The notes: a model not told the origin generated them from the sequence alone. A DNA stretch of 64,000 nucleotides from Rickettsiales bacterium (GCA_965248995.1 CBDFKY010000005.1:172719-236718), one strand, 5' to 3'; positions 9,758-18,651 are shown, counted from the stretch's first letter. Translations and numbers: made by a program.

Positions 9758-10492
9758 ATGAAACCAACCCCCGCCGCTACTCTTAAATGTGCCCAATCCC
9801 TGACTGGCAAAGAAGTCTTCGCTTTGACGCTGCAACGTCACTTGGATGCGTGGCAGAAATTGCCACCCACCTTCAGTGAAGGTGAGATTGCGCGCATGGT
9901 GGCGGAGTTTGACCGCCGCCCAGATGAAGGACATGCCTATAACGCATGGTGGAAAATGTATGATATGATCCAGCATGTGAGTACCGAAGCCCGCAGGTTA
10001 GCAATGGAAGCGGCATGGCGCATCAGTATTGAAACAGACTGGATGTTACGCATCTCACAGCGCATCAACCGACAGGATGAGAGCACACGCAATCCCACAC
10101 CTGAAGCACTGGCACGGCTGGAGAAGTCTCTCACCTTCATTCAAGTGATCATTGGTGGCTTTTTGCGGTGGAACATGCTGGTGGACGTATTTGTAACGCT
10201 GCATGGCTGTGACGTGAGTGTGATGACAGGGCGCGAGCGGCGCATCCTGGAGCAGAGTGTAGAGCATTGTAACTGGACAATAGAGTGTTTTACCGATGAC
10301 CTGACCTATGCAGCGTGCCGTGAGGATAAAGAACTGGATACCTATACCCTTGCTCTCCCCAATCTCACCATGACCCCGCCTGATATTCCAGCGAGCCTTG
10401 CCGATGACCTTAAAGCCGCGATTGTGACATGCCACCGCGAGCGCGAAGTGTGGAAAGTGACAGAGGCGTTTGACATTTCCCTTTATTGCTAA
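9758..10492 (+). CDS. hypothetical island protein, paralogue A
   Basis: The N-terminus LTGKEVFALTLQRHLDAWQKLPPTFSEGEIARMV aligns with LSGKEAFLVIMQGYVERTLKEAPTFTDPEIERMM of the next ORF. Confidence 0.5.
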   Translation: MKPTPAATLKCAQSLTGKEVFALTLQRHLDAWQKLPPTFSEGEIARMVAEFDRRPDEGHAYNAWWKMYDMIQHVSTEARRLAMEAAWRISIETDWMLRISQRINRQDESTRNPTPEALARLEKSLTFIQVIIGGFLRWNMLVDVFVTLHGCDVSVMTGRERRILEQSVEHCNWTIECFTDDLTYAACREDKELDTYTLALPNLTMTPPDIPASLADDLKAAIVTCHREREVWKVTEAFDISLYC

Positions 10493-10573
10493 GGGAGATG
10501 ATAATAAACGCACTGCCCTCACAGGAATCTGGACGCGCTGCACAGCCTGCTTCTCAAACGATAGGATGACATC

Positions 10574-11341
10574 ATGACCATCACCAAAGCCCAAACAACC
10601 CGCCTGCTCACACAATTATCAGGCAAGGAGGCGTTTCTTGTCATCATGCAGGGGTATGTGGAACGTACCTTAAAAGAAGCCCCTACCTTCACTGACCCTG
10701 AAATAGAACGCATGATGGATGCAATGTGGAGCAATCCGCAGCGCGCCTACGAATACCGCAGGATGCGTGATGCCCATGATGTCATGCAGGTCGCCATGTA
10801 TGAGGGGAGGATTGCGGCACTGAACGCACTGAACGCCATGCAGGGACAAATGATGCTAACCAACCGCATGACCAGATTCCATAGTGCCAGCCCGCCAGAT
10901 TACGCTAAAATCACCGCATGGGCGGCAGAGGATACCCCGTTTTTACAGCGGCAACATCACTATATTTTGCATTGTCTGGAATGGTATCAACTATGGCGGG
11001 TAGTACTGGAAGCGTTTGATACAGTATTTTCCACCCGTATGGTGGACATGCTGACACATGAGGCAGAACGGCTGGAAATGTTCACTGTCCTTTACCATGA
11101 CCGTATGGAATGGTATGACGATGATATTGTTTTCGCCCGTATGATGGCTTCCAGAGGATCAGAAGAATCCTGTAAAACCTTGTCTGCGGAAGTCACCGAA
11201 TCAGGGGAAGATATAAGCGCGTGGCGGCTTCCCGAAGCGGATAAGCAAGCGCATGATGACAGGCTGCAACGCTGCATTACCTACCTGCATCAATGCCCTG
11301 ACCAGCCCTTCCATAAAGTGCTGGAGGTGGTGGGGGTATAG
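10574..11341 (+). CDS. hypothetical island protein, paralogue B
   Basis: Homologous by eye to 9758-10492 along the N-terminal half. Confidence 0.5.
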   Translation: MTITKAQTTRLLTQLSGKEAFLVIMQGYVERTLKEAPTFTDPEIERMMDAMWSNPQRAYEYRRMRDAHDVMQVAMYEGRIAALNALNAMQGQMMLTNRMTRFHSASPPDYAKITAWAAEDTPFLQRQHHYILHCLEWYQLWRVVLEAFDTVFSTRMVDMLTHEAERLEMFTVLYHDRMEWYDDDIVFARMMASRGSEESCKTLSAEVTESGEDISAWRLPEADKQAHDDRLQRCITYLHQCPDQPFHKVLEVVGV

Positions 11342-11477
11342 CGAACCCTACTTAAAATGATTTTATCGTGTAAATTATCTGCCCCGCACCAGCTTTGACC
11401 AATACGAAAGAATAGGCTATCAAGCTACTAATAGGAAAACGTAACATATGCTTTTCGCATAAAAATAAACGGACATC

Positions 11478-13625
11478 ATGGCAGAAACCCTTACACAAAC
11501 ACTCAAAGATGGCGTAAATGCTGGGCTGATTTCCTTTGATGAAGAGCGCAAATACGTTACCTATACCCACCAAAACAAGCGCCGTAACTTTACGAATCCT
11601 GAAGAGCAAGTGCAGGCAGAAACCTATGTAAAGCTGGTGCAAGTCTATGGCTATAAACCGCAGCGCATCATACAGTTTACATCTGTTACACTGGGTTCTT
11701 CAGTGCGTGAAGCGGATATGATTGTTTATAATGACGATAAACATCACTCCCCTCATATTGTTGTGGAGTGCAAACGGCAGGAAGTTTCAGAATTAGAGTT
11801 CAAGCAAGCCATTGAGCAATGCTTTAGCTATGCGGTGGCAATAGGTGCAAAATATGTTTGGACGACATCGGGCATCAAGGATGAATACTATCAAGTCCCA
11901 AGTGAAACACCCAAAGCGCGTATTTCTATTCCAGACATCCCGCAATATGGGGTGGATAAGCTGGCAAAATATAAATACGCCAAAGGTGGCGGTTCATTGA
12001 AAGGGCAACGGCTTTTTGAACTGGAAAAGGTAACAGAAGATGAACTGACCAGACGTTTCAAGCAAGCGCATAATGCCCTATGGGGCGGTGGTGAATTGAA
12101 CCCTTCCGCAGCATTTGACGAACTGGACAAACTGATTTTCTGCAAAATATGGGATGAACGCAGACCCCGCAAGCAGGGCGAACCTTACGACTTTCAGGTA
12201 TTCAGTGAAGAAACGCCTTCCAAAACAAATGCGGAATTACTTACGCGCATTAAAAACCTTTATGAGGAAGGACGCAAAAAAGACCCTGAAGTGTTCAAGG
12301 ATGACATACGCCTTTCTGCCGAAAAATTGCGTACCGTGGTAGGGTATCTAGAATCGGTCAACCTGAACGAAACCGATTTGGATAGTAAAGGACGCGCCTT
12401 TGAAACTTTCATGGGATCATTTTTCCGTGGTGATTTCGGGCAGTATTTTACACCCCGCCCTATCGTGAAATTCATTGTAGATTGCCTCCCTATTACCCAT
12501 GAATCCTTAGTACTGGATACGTCATGCGGTAGTGGTGGCTTTTTGCTTCATGCGCTGGATAAGGTGCGGCGTGAAGCGGATGAATACTACCCCGATGAAA
12601 CGGGTAAGAACGGGACACAGGAAAGCGCAAGACATCATCGTCACTGGCATGATTTCGCAGAAAAGAAACTGTATGGCATTGAGATTAACGAGCAAATCGC
12701 CCGTACCGCTAAAATGAACATGATTATTCATGATGACGGACACACGAATGTCATTGCAGCGGATGGGTTATTGAGTGACCACGACCTACAGGAAAAGACA
12801 AAAAACCACGGCTTTCAGTATAGCCGTTTTGACTACATCATTACGAATCCGCCTTTTGGCTCAACGGTACGGCAAACCGAACAAGCCTACATGAAAAACT
12901 ACGGCTTCGCACAAAAAGAAGCGGATTGGTTGAATCTGACCGCCAAAGAAACAGAGCGCGATAACCAAAGCACTGAAGTCCTCTTTATTGAACAATGCCA
13001 TAATTTTTTGCGCGAAGGTGGCTATTTGGCAATCGTCATCCCTGACGGTATCCTCACCAATTCCAGTCTGCAATATGTCCGTGACGGGATTGAAGAAAAG
13101 TTCCGTATCATTGCAGTGATTTCCATGCCTCAAACGGCATTTTCTGCTACAGGTGCGGGCGTGAAAAGCTCTGTCATGTTTCTGAAAAAACATGATGAAG
13201 CTATTTCTGAACATATCCGTAATCAAAAAATGCGCCTGCAGGATGAAGCCAAACACACGCACCACTACCAACAGGAATGTGATAAAATTGAAGGCGAAAA
13301 AAAGCAGCATATCAAAACATTGCGCGGATTCGAGAATACGGAAGGGTTAAGCGGTGCAGCCCTCACCAAAACGGAAGCATATAAAGAATGGAAGAAGGGG
13401 GTTGATGAAGAATACCGCGAACGGATCAATGCACTCAAAGACACGTTACAGGAGGCATATACCAAAGCACGTTGCGCGGCATTGCAGGACTACCCTATCT
13501 TCATGGCGATTGCAGAGGATATAGGCTATGATGCAACAGGTAAACCGTCAGGAAAAGATGACCTGCCCCTGATTACACATGAACTCTCACGCTTCATTGG
13601 AGCCATGAATCAGGGGGAAGCATGA
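11478..13625 (+). CDS. restriction-modification protein: N-terminal HsdR-N-type PD-(D/E)xK nuclease-like domain fused to a gamma-class N6-adenine DNA methyltransferase
   Basis: Nuclease-like motif D80...E97-C-K99 (EADMIVY...IVVECKRQ). SAM motif I is LDTSCGSGGFL and motif IV is IITNPPFGS. The stop overlaps the start of the specificity gene (ATGA). Confidence 0.8.
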   Translation: MAETLTQTLKDGVNAGLISFDEERKYVTYTHQNKRRNFTNPEEQVQAETYVKLVQVYGYKPQRIIQFTSVTLGSSVREADMIVYNDDKHHSPHIVVECKRQEVSELEFKQAIEQCFSYAVAIGAKYVWTTSGIKDEYYQVPSETPKARISIPDIPQYGVDKLAKYKYAKGGGSLKGQRLFELEKVTEDELTRRFKQAHNALWGGGELNPSAAFDELDKLIFCKIWDERRPRKQGEPYDFQVFSEETPSKTNAELLTRIKNLYEEGRKKDPEVFKDDIRLSAEKLRTVVGYLESVNLNETDLDSKGRAFETFMGSFFRGDFGQYFTPRPIVKFIVDCLPITHESLVLDTSCGSGGFLLHALDKVRREADEYYPDETGKNGTQESARHHRHWHDFAEKKLYGIEINEQIARTAKMNMIIHDDGHTNVIAADGLLSDHDLQEKTKNHGFQYSRFDYIITNPPFGSTVRQTEQAYMKNYGFAQKEADWLNLTAKETERDNQSTEVLFIEQCHNFLREGGYLAIVIPDGILTNSSLQYVRDGIEEKFRIIAVISMPQTAFSATGAGVKSSVMFLKKHDEAISEHIRNQKMRLQDEAKHTHHYQQECDKIEGEKKQHIKTLRGFENTEGLSGAALTKTEAYKEWKKGVDEEYRERINALKDTLQEAYTKARCAALQDYPIFMAIAEDIGYDATGKPSGKDDLPLITHELSRFIGAMNQGEA

Positions 13626-15061
13626 GTTTTGCCCTCTCCCCCACCATAGACCCAAACAAGATATTTCTCATTCAGAGCAGTGAACTGGAAGGGCGGCTTG
13701 ATCCATTTTGCTATATTCCTGAGCTTGTCGCCTTGGATAAAATACTGAAATCAAAAACTCCTTATCGGCTTAAAGATTTTTCCATCTATCATGCGGGGGG
13801 AGCCACCCCAAAAAAAGATAATGCAGAAAATTATGCAACCAAAGAAGAAGGCGGTGTGCCTTTTATAAGAGTACAAAACCTCTCTATTACAGGTGAATTA
13901 CAGCTTAACGATTTGGCATTTATTGCGCGAGAAACGCATGAAGGTTTATTAAAGAGAAGCCGCTTACAAGCAGGTGACCTTCTGGTTAAAATTACTGGTG
14001 TGGGGAGAATGGCAGTTGCTTCTGTTGTGCCTGAAAACTTTGAAGGCAATATCAATCAGCATATGGTAGTAATTCGTACAGGTTCCAAAGAAATTAGCGA
14101 AAATATAGCTGCATATCTTAATTTAGATAGTGTAGAAAAAATAGCGAGTAAAAGGGCTACAGGTGGAACTCGCCCTGCCTTAGATTATAAAGCCCTCCTT
14201 TCTATTCCCGTCATAAATGATTCTAATATTAAAGAAAAAACTCAAAAAGCTGTACTTGCCAAGCAACGCAAGGAAGCAGAGGCGCAAGCGTTGCTGGCAA
14301 GTATTGATGATTATCTGCTTTCAGAACTTGGCATCACCCTGCCACCCGCCCCCGACAACACTACCGCCAGCCGCATCTTCACCCGCCCTTTAAGCGACCT
14401 AACAGGCGGACGGTTTGATCCTCTTTATCATGCAGAACAAATTTTTCATTTCATTGAACATGGTACGTTTGAAACGGAATATCTGTTTAAGGGTGTGCAA
14501 TACATGCAATCTGGTTTTGCTTCTGGAAAGAGCGACCAAGGGAAAGAAGAAAGCGGCATTATTCAGATACGACCAACAAATATCACGAATAATAGAGAAT
14601 TTTCATTTGAGAAAAATATCTATATCCCCTCAAATGAACTGCAAAATAGAAAAAATGACATTTTGCAATATGGTGAAGTCTTGTTCAATAACACAAACAG
14701 CCAGATATTGGTTGGCAAATCCGTATGGTTTGATTTGAAAGGTGACTATTTTTGCTCTAACCATATGACCAGAATCAGGGTAAAGGCAGAAAAATTGAAT
14801 CCTCAATACCTGACGCATCTCTTGAACTTATACCAGCGTAAAAAGGTGTTTTTTACCATTTGTACCAACTGGAACAATCAATCAGGGGTGAATCCAGAGG
14901 TATTACGACAAATAAAAATCCCTTTCCCTCCCCTTCCTAAACAACAGGAAATTGCTGACCATATCAAAGCGATGCGCGCTCACGCCAAGCAGTTACAGAT
15001 TGAAGCAAAAGAGGGGCTAGACACCGCCAAACGTGAAATTGAAGCCATGATTTTAGGGTGA
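13622..15061 (+). CDS. restriction-modification specificity (S) subunit with two target-recognition domains
   Basis: 479 aa. It has HsdS-like central and C-terminal conserved helices (KQRKEAEAQALLASIDDYLLSELGI; LPKQQEIADHIKAMRAHAKQLQIEAKEGLDTAKREIEAMILG). Confidence 0.85.
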   Translation: MSFALSPTIDPNKIFLIQSSELEGRLDPFCYIPELVALDKILKSKTPYRLKDFSIYHAGGATPKKDNAENYATKEEGGVPFIRVQNLSITGELQLNDLAFIARETHEGLLKRSRLQAGDLLVKITGVGRMAVASVVPENFEGNINQHMVVIRTGSKEISENIAAYLNLDSVEKIASKRATGGTRPALDYKALLSIPVINDSNIKEKTQKAVLAKQRKEAEAQALLASIDDYLLSELGITLPPAPDNTTASRIFTRPLSDLTGGRFDPLYHAEQIFHFIEHGTFETEYLFKGVQYMQSGFASGKSDQGKEESGIIQIRPTNITNNREFSFEKNIYIPSNELQNRKNDILQYGEVLFNNTNSQILVGKSVWFDLKGDYFCSNHMTRIRVKAEKLNPQYLTHLLNLYQRKKVFFTICTNWNNQSGVNPEVLRQIKIPFPPLPKQQEIADHIKAMRAHAKQLQIEAKEGLDTAKREIEAMILG

Positions 15062-15064
15062 TAT

Positions 15065-16651
15065 ATGGTAGCTAGAAAACGACCGAAACCTATACAAAAT
15101 CCTATAATTCTTCGTGGTTTACTGGATAGGGCACTTGCGAATTTTACTTGCTTGCGTGGCTATGCCACCATGAAAGATTTGCACGGCATTTCTAAGGCAG
15201 ACGAAAGCTATCAACGCAGCTTGATTACTAAACACCATGAAAGGATGGTAAATTTTCTTAATGATGAAGAATACCTTTTTTTCCCTGAAGTCATTTTAGG
15301 CGCATCTCTTGTAAATGGTCTGCGAAATGAAATTTATATGGACGATGTAGATGATTTTTTGAAAAATCTGGATCAGGGTAAAGGGCAATCTCATCCGTTC
15401 GATGACTTTACACTGCGGTATAATACCACTGCCTACCAAAACCCAAATGATGCGCGGCAAAAAAACTATTTGAAACGCGCCAGATTGACGATCACTAATG
15501 ATGCGTTTCAAAAATTCCATCGTATTGACGGCAATCACCGCTTAAGCGTACTAGATGAGCCTGAAAAGCTAAAAGATGATGCGCAACGGCAGAAATTTGA
15601 AGCATTAAACGTACCCTTTTGCCTTGTCCTGTTTCCTACCAGTGCAGATTTAGAAAAACATAGTCGCGTTTTGTTTCATAATCTCAATTTCCACCAGATA
15701 CCCATCACCAAGGAAAAAAATTTAAGCCTGATTCTGGACCAAGGCAGCCCTTTTGATAATGAGAAATTACGAACCACATTTGGGGAATCATACCCGCTGG
15801 CGCGCCAGATATTAGACAGTTGGGACTTGGAAATGATCCCGCATATCATGGCAGTGATTGAACCAGCGGATGGTGTGGACAAAGAAAAAGAGTGCAAGCG
15901 CACATATCTTATCAATACATTGGAACTACTAAATAAAAAAGAAGTGGTGCATGACGCACAACGGGTAAAAGCCGTATTAGGAGTAATTAATCCGCTTTTT
16001 GAAAATCATATGATGCAGGCATCCCCAAATCATGGCTTGCTTACTGCCTACACCTACTATGCAATCAGCAAACCCCATGCACTAAGAATTTTCCATAATT
16101 GGGTTGTGCAAAACCACATCTACCATACTGAAAGCATTAAGGCAGAAGAATTAATTAAAGTGTTTGACTGTGTGCTGGAATCACGCCACCAAACGGTATT
16201 TGTATCCATGCAGTTTAGTCCTGAAACAGAAGGAAATTATGAGGCAATCCAAAAAGCTATTGATGAGGTGAATGCCGATAACCGACTTGATTTGAAAATT
16301 CAACCCATCCGTATTGACCAGTTTAAGAAAGGCTATTCTTATGAAATTACCGATGAAATTTTAGAACTGATTCAAGGATGTGGTTTGCTTATTGCAGATT
16401 TAACGTATGGTAACAAAAATGTATATCATGAAGTAGGTTTTCTTATGGGGCAAAATGCAGGAAAAGACAAACCGCAAGACAATTTTATTTTTGTTTGGAA
16501 TGATAGTGCATCTAAAGATAAATTTAATAAAGATGTAAGTTTTAATCTAAATCATAAACAAGTGCTTAAAGCTAAGGGTACGGGTGATATGACGGCACAA
16601 CTCAAAGAACAGATTGAGATTTTTTATCAGTTGAAAGTGCTTGAGATTTGA
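15065..16651 (+). CDS. fusion protein: DndB/DGQHR-family (ParB/Srx-like) N-terminal domain plus TIR / nucleoside 2-deoxyribosyltransferase-like C-terminal domain
   Basis: The start lies 3 nt after the S-subunit stop. The N-terminal part has YQRSL..MVNFL...FFPEVILGA and HRIDGNHRLSVL (DGNHR at 15527-15541). The C-terminal part has TVFVSMQF...GLLIADLTYGNKNVYHEVGFLMGQ. The domain calls are pattern recognition, not a search result. Confidence 0.55.
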   Translation: MVARKRPKPIQNPIILRGLLDRALANFTCLRGYATMKDLHGISKADESYQRSLITKHHERMVNFLNDEEYLFFPEVILGASLVNGLRNEIYMDDVDDFLKNLDQGKGQSHPFDDFTLRYNTTAYQNPNDARQKNYLKRARLTITNDAFQKFHRIDGNHRLSVLDEPEKLKDDAQRQKFEALNVPFCLVLFPTSADLEKHSRVLFHNLNFHQIPITKEKNLSLILDQGSPFDNEKLRTTFGESYPLARQILDSWDLEMIPHIMAVIEPADGVDKEKECKRTYLINTLELLNKKEVVHDAQRVKAVLGVINPLFENHMMQASPNHGLLTAYTYYAISKPHALRIFHNWVVQNHIYHTESIKAEELIKVFDCVLESRHQTVFVSMQFSPETEGNYEAIQKAIDEVNADNRLDLKIQPIRIDQFKKGYSYEITDEILELIQGCGLLIADLTYGNKNVYHEVGFLMGQNAGKDKPQDNFIFVWNDSASKDKFNKDVSFNLNHKQVLKAKGTGDMTAQLKEQIEIFYQLKVLEI

Positions 16652-16824
16652 CCGATATGTATAGAAATGGTCGTTTTCTATGTGTGTTCTTTTTATAAAA
16701 ATTGAGTAGCAAGTTTCCGTAATTACCGAAGTTCCCTATACGGTTCGTTTTAAGAGCGGTCTTTGCTTCCACAGAATTCCCCCTTGCAGGACTCTCAAAA
16801 CATCTATATACTTCTACCTAACAT

Positions 16825-16857
16825 GACCAGCCCCACCACAGGCTGGTCTTCTTGTTT
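16825..16857 (+). terminator. candidate rho-independent terminator after the three-gene operon
   Basis: Hairpin gaccagcc-ccaccaca-ggctggtc followed by ttcttgtttg. Confidence 0.5.
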
Positions 16858-16865
16858 GTAGTGAG

Positions 16866-17210
16866 ATGATGAACTATTCCAAGCCTTACCTTGCTATCCC
16901 TGACCAGCTATCCTTACTTCAACAGCGCGGATTGCATATCACGGATCACGACAAAGCCGCGCATTACCTTTCTAACCTTGGCTATTACCGCCTTAGTGGG
17001 TATTCTTACGCCTTTCGCCAGAGTACACACCGCCCCGATGGAACCGTGCAGGTGCATGATGATTTCAAGGAAGGTGTGCAGTTTGATGACATCCTTGCCC
17101 TGTATGTCTTTGATAAGCGTTTGCGCCTGTTATTGCTGGTTGCGATTGAACGCATAAGCACTGCGAAGAATTCCCGCTCGCTCACAAGACCCTTGGATTG
17201 CGCCTCATGA
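16866..17210 (+). pseudogene. Abi_2 (AbiD/AbiF-like) abortive-infection gene, N-terminal fragment only
   Basis: The family-typical N-terminus is present (LSLLQQRGLHI...HYLSNLGYYRLSGYSYAF...LYVFDKRLRLLLLVAIERI). The sequence then diverges and stops at about one third of normal length. Confidence 0.65.
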
Positions 17211-17394
17211 TGACATCCGCTTCAAGTCTGCTCTATTTTTAAGAGAAAAGAATATACAATAAAGATAAAGAACGGCTTCATAATTATTTAATAATTATTT
17301 AATAGACAATGTATATAAACATCTTTATATTAAATTAATGCATACTGATTCTTTGAGTATGAAAGAAGATAAATCCTTATTATAGAGGCACCAT

Positions 17395-18207
17395 ATGAGC
17401 GAAGTTGAAAATGATGTTATTTCACGTGAAACAGCCAACGGATTTGAGGTAACAGTATTTAAGGGCGGGCAGATCGATGTAACGAATACACATGCTAAGC
17501 CAGGCGAGCTACAATCGGTTAGTGCGTTTCCTGACGGTAACCGCGCGGGGTATATCGCCACCGCAAATAATGGGATTGATCTTGCTCCCGCTGGCACAGA
17601 CTTAAGCCAGATGACACATGGTCATACAGTAGTGGAAATTGATCCTAAATTGTTACACGTGGAAGTGAAACATGACGGTATCACTATTTATAAAGTCGAT
17701 GAAACCAGAACGGTTGAGACGCGGCAAACACAAAAAGCTGAAAGTCCTCCCATCTTCAGTGAAACGGCAAATGGATTTCAGGTGACAGCTTTGGAAGGTG
17801 GTCGTATCATGGTATCCAATACGCACGCTAATACACCAGGGGAACTGCAATCGGTTGATTTATTTCCTGACGGAACACGTACTGGTTATGTTCTGACGGA
17901 AAATGGCGGCGTTGCTTTGGCTCCTGCGGGGATGGATCTTACGAAGATGACGCATGGCCACACCGTGGTGAACATTGATCCTGAAAAGTTAAAAGTGCAG
18001 GTGCTGCATGACGGTAAGGAAATTCTTGGACTTGACAGAACCGTCAAAACCGAGACACAACGCAGCAATGACCCAGCACGTTTTGAGGAAATGCTTCAGG
18101 GCTTAGATAAATCGGTGCTTGATAAAATAGCCCTTAACCCTTCAGATAGGGAACATACAAATACAGCCGAAAAATCTAATGCTAAGAGTGGTGGAAGACC
18201 ACGTTAA
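17395..18207 (+). CDS. orphan protein with two tandem repeats of about 110 aa
   Basis: ETANGFEVTVFKGGQIDVTNTHAKPGELQSV..FPDG.R.GY....N.G..LAPAG.DL..MTHGHTVV.IDP..L.V.V.HDG occurs twice. The flanks are AT-rich. I do not recognise a family. Confidence 0.55.
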   Translation: MSEVENDVISRETANGFEVTVFKGGQIDVTNTHAKPGELQSVSAFPDGNRAGYIATANNGIDLAPAGTDLSQMTHGHTVVEIDPKLLHVEVKHDGITIYKVDETRTVETRQTQKAESPPIFSETANGFQVTALEGGRIMVSNTHANTPGELQSVDLFPDGTRTGYVLTENGGVALAPAGMDLTKMTHGHTVVNIDPEKLKVQVLHDGKEILGLDRTVKTETQRSNDPARFEEMLQGLDKSVLDKIALNPSDREHTNTAEKSNAKSGGRPR

Positions 18208-18308
18208 TGCCTATCTAAAAAGGGTGGTGCCTCAGTTTGCATATGTTGTCATTCTGAGCGCAGCGAAGAATCTCACTGATACATAAGAAATCCTTTGCGA
18301 CGCTCAGG

Positions 18309-18383
18309 GTATGTCTTTATAAACGGTTGCGCCTGTTATTGCTGGATGCGATTGAATGCATAGAAGTTGGAAGGAACGTGTGA
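18309..18383 (+). pseudogene. second, degenerate Abi_2 fragment duplicating the 17098-17155 segment
   Basis: gtatgtcttt..ttgcgcctgttattgctgg.tgcgattgaa.gcata is about 88 percent identical by eye to 17098-17155. It has a 1-nt indel. It reads on as ...IEVGRNV and then stops, resembling the usual IERIEV continuation. Confidence 0.45.
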
Positions 18384-18501
18384 TAAACCTCATAGATGCT
18401 TTTCCCGCATCACCGCATATCAATGTAGGGATGATGGGAGCGCAAGGGGAATGGAAGCAGTGGGATTTATGGCGGTAATCCTTGCGTTTGCGGTGAAAAA
18501 G

Positions 18502-18527
18502 TCTGTGTAATTCCTGTGTAATCGTGC
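18502..18527 (+). repeat. second copy of the 26-bp tandem CTGTGTAAT element; candidate arm-type site (distal arm)
   Basis: Identical to 4229-4254. It lies about 125 bp inside attR. Confidence 0.6.
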
Positions 18528-18651
18528 CAAGAAAACCATAGAATATGAGAGAATAAAACTGTTATCTGAATCCGTCATTAAAGACCCAATAAACTGATTT
18601 ATATAAATATATAGAACTTTATAGAATGATACAGAACATATCCCTTGAGGT

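Noticed and set aside
11352-11642. 96-aa minus-strand ORF overlapping the start of the nuclease-methyltransferase gene.
   Set aside because: It is AT-rich, has no recognisable features and overlaps a strongly supported gene start. It is more likely promoter/leader sequence.
11478-13625. Possibility that the 715-aa methyltransferase is a BREX PglX-type or a classical type I HsdM.
   Set aside because: No BREX partners (PglZ, BrxC, BrxL-type genes) and no hsdR are present in the island. The N-terminal PD-(D/E)xK-like domain and the adjacent S subunit fit a nuclease-MTase/S architecture better. This cannot be settled without a database search.
18254-18308. Imperfect inverted repeat ctgagcgcagcgaag ... 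ctttgcgacgctcag at the right junction of the AT-rich insert. It resembles short palindromic repeat elements seen in many bacteria.
   Set aside because: There is a single copy in the window, plus only a loose match near 17160. It cannot be called a REP/MITE-type element from one instance.
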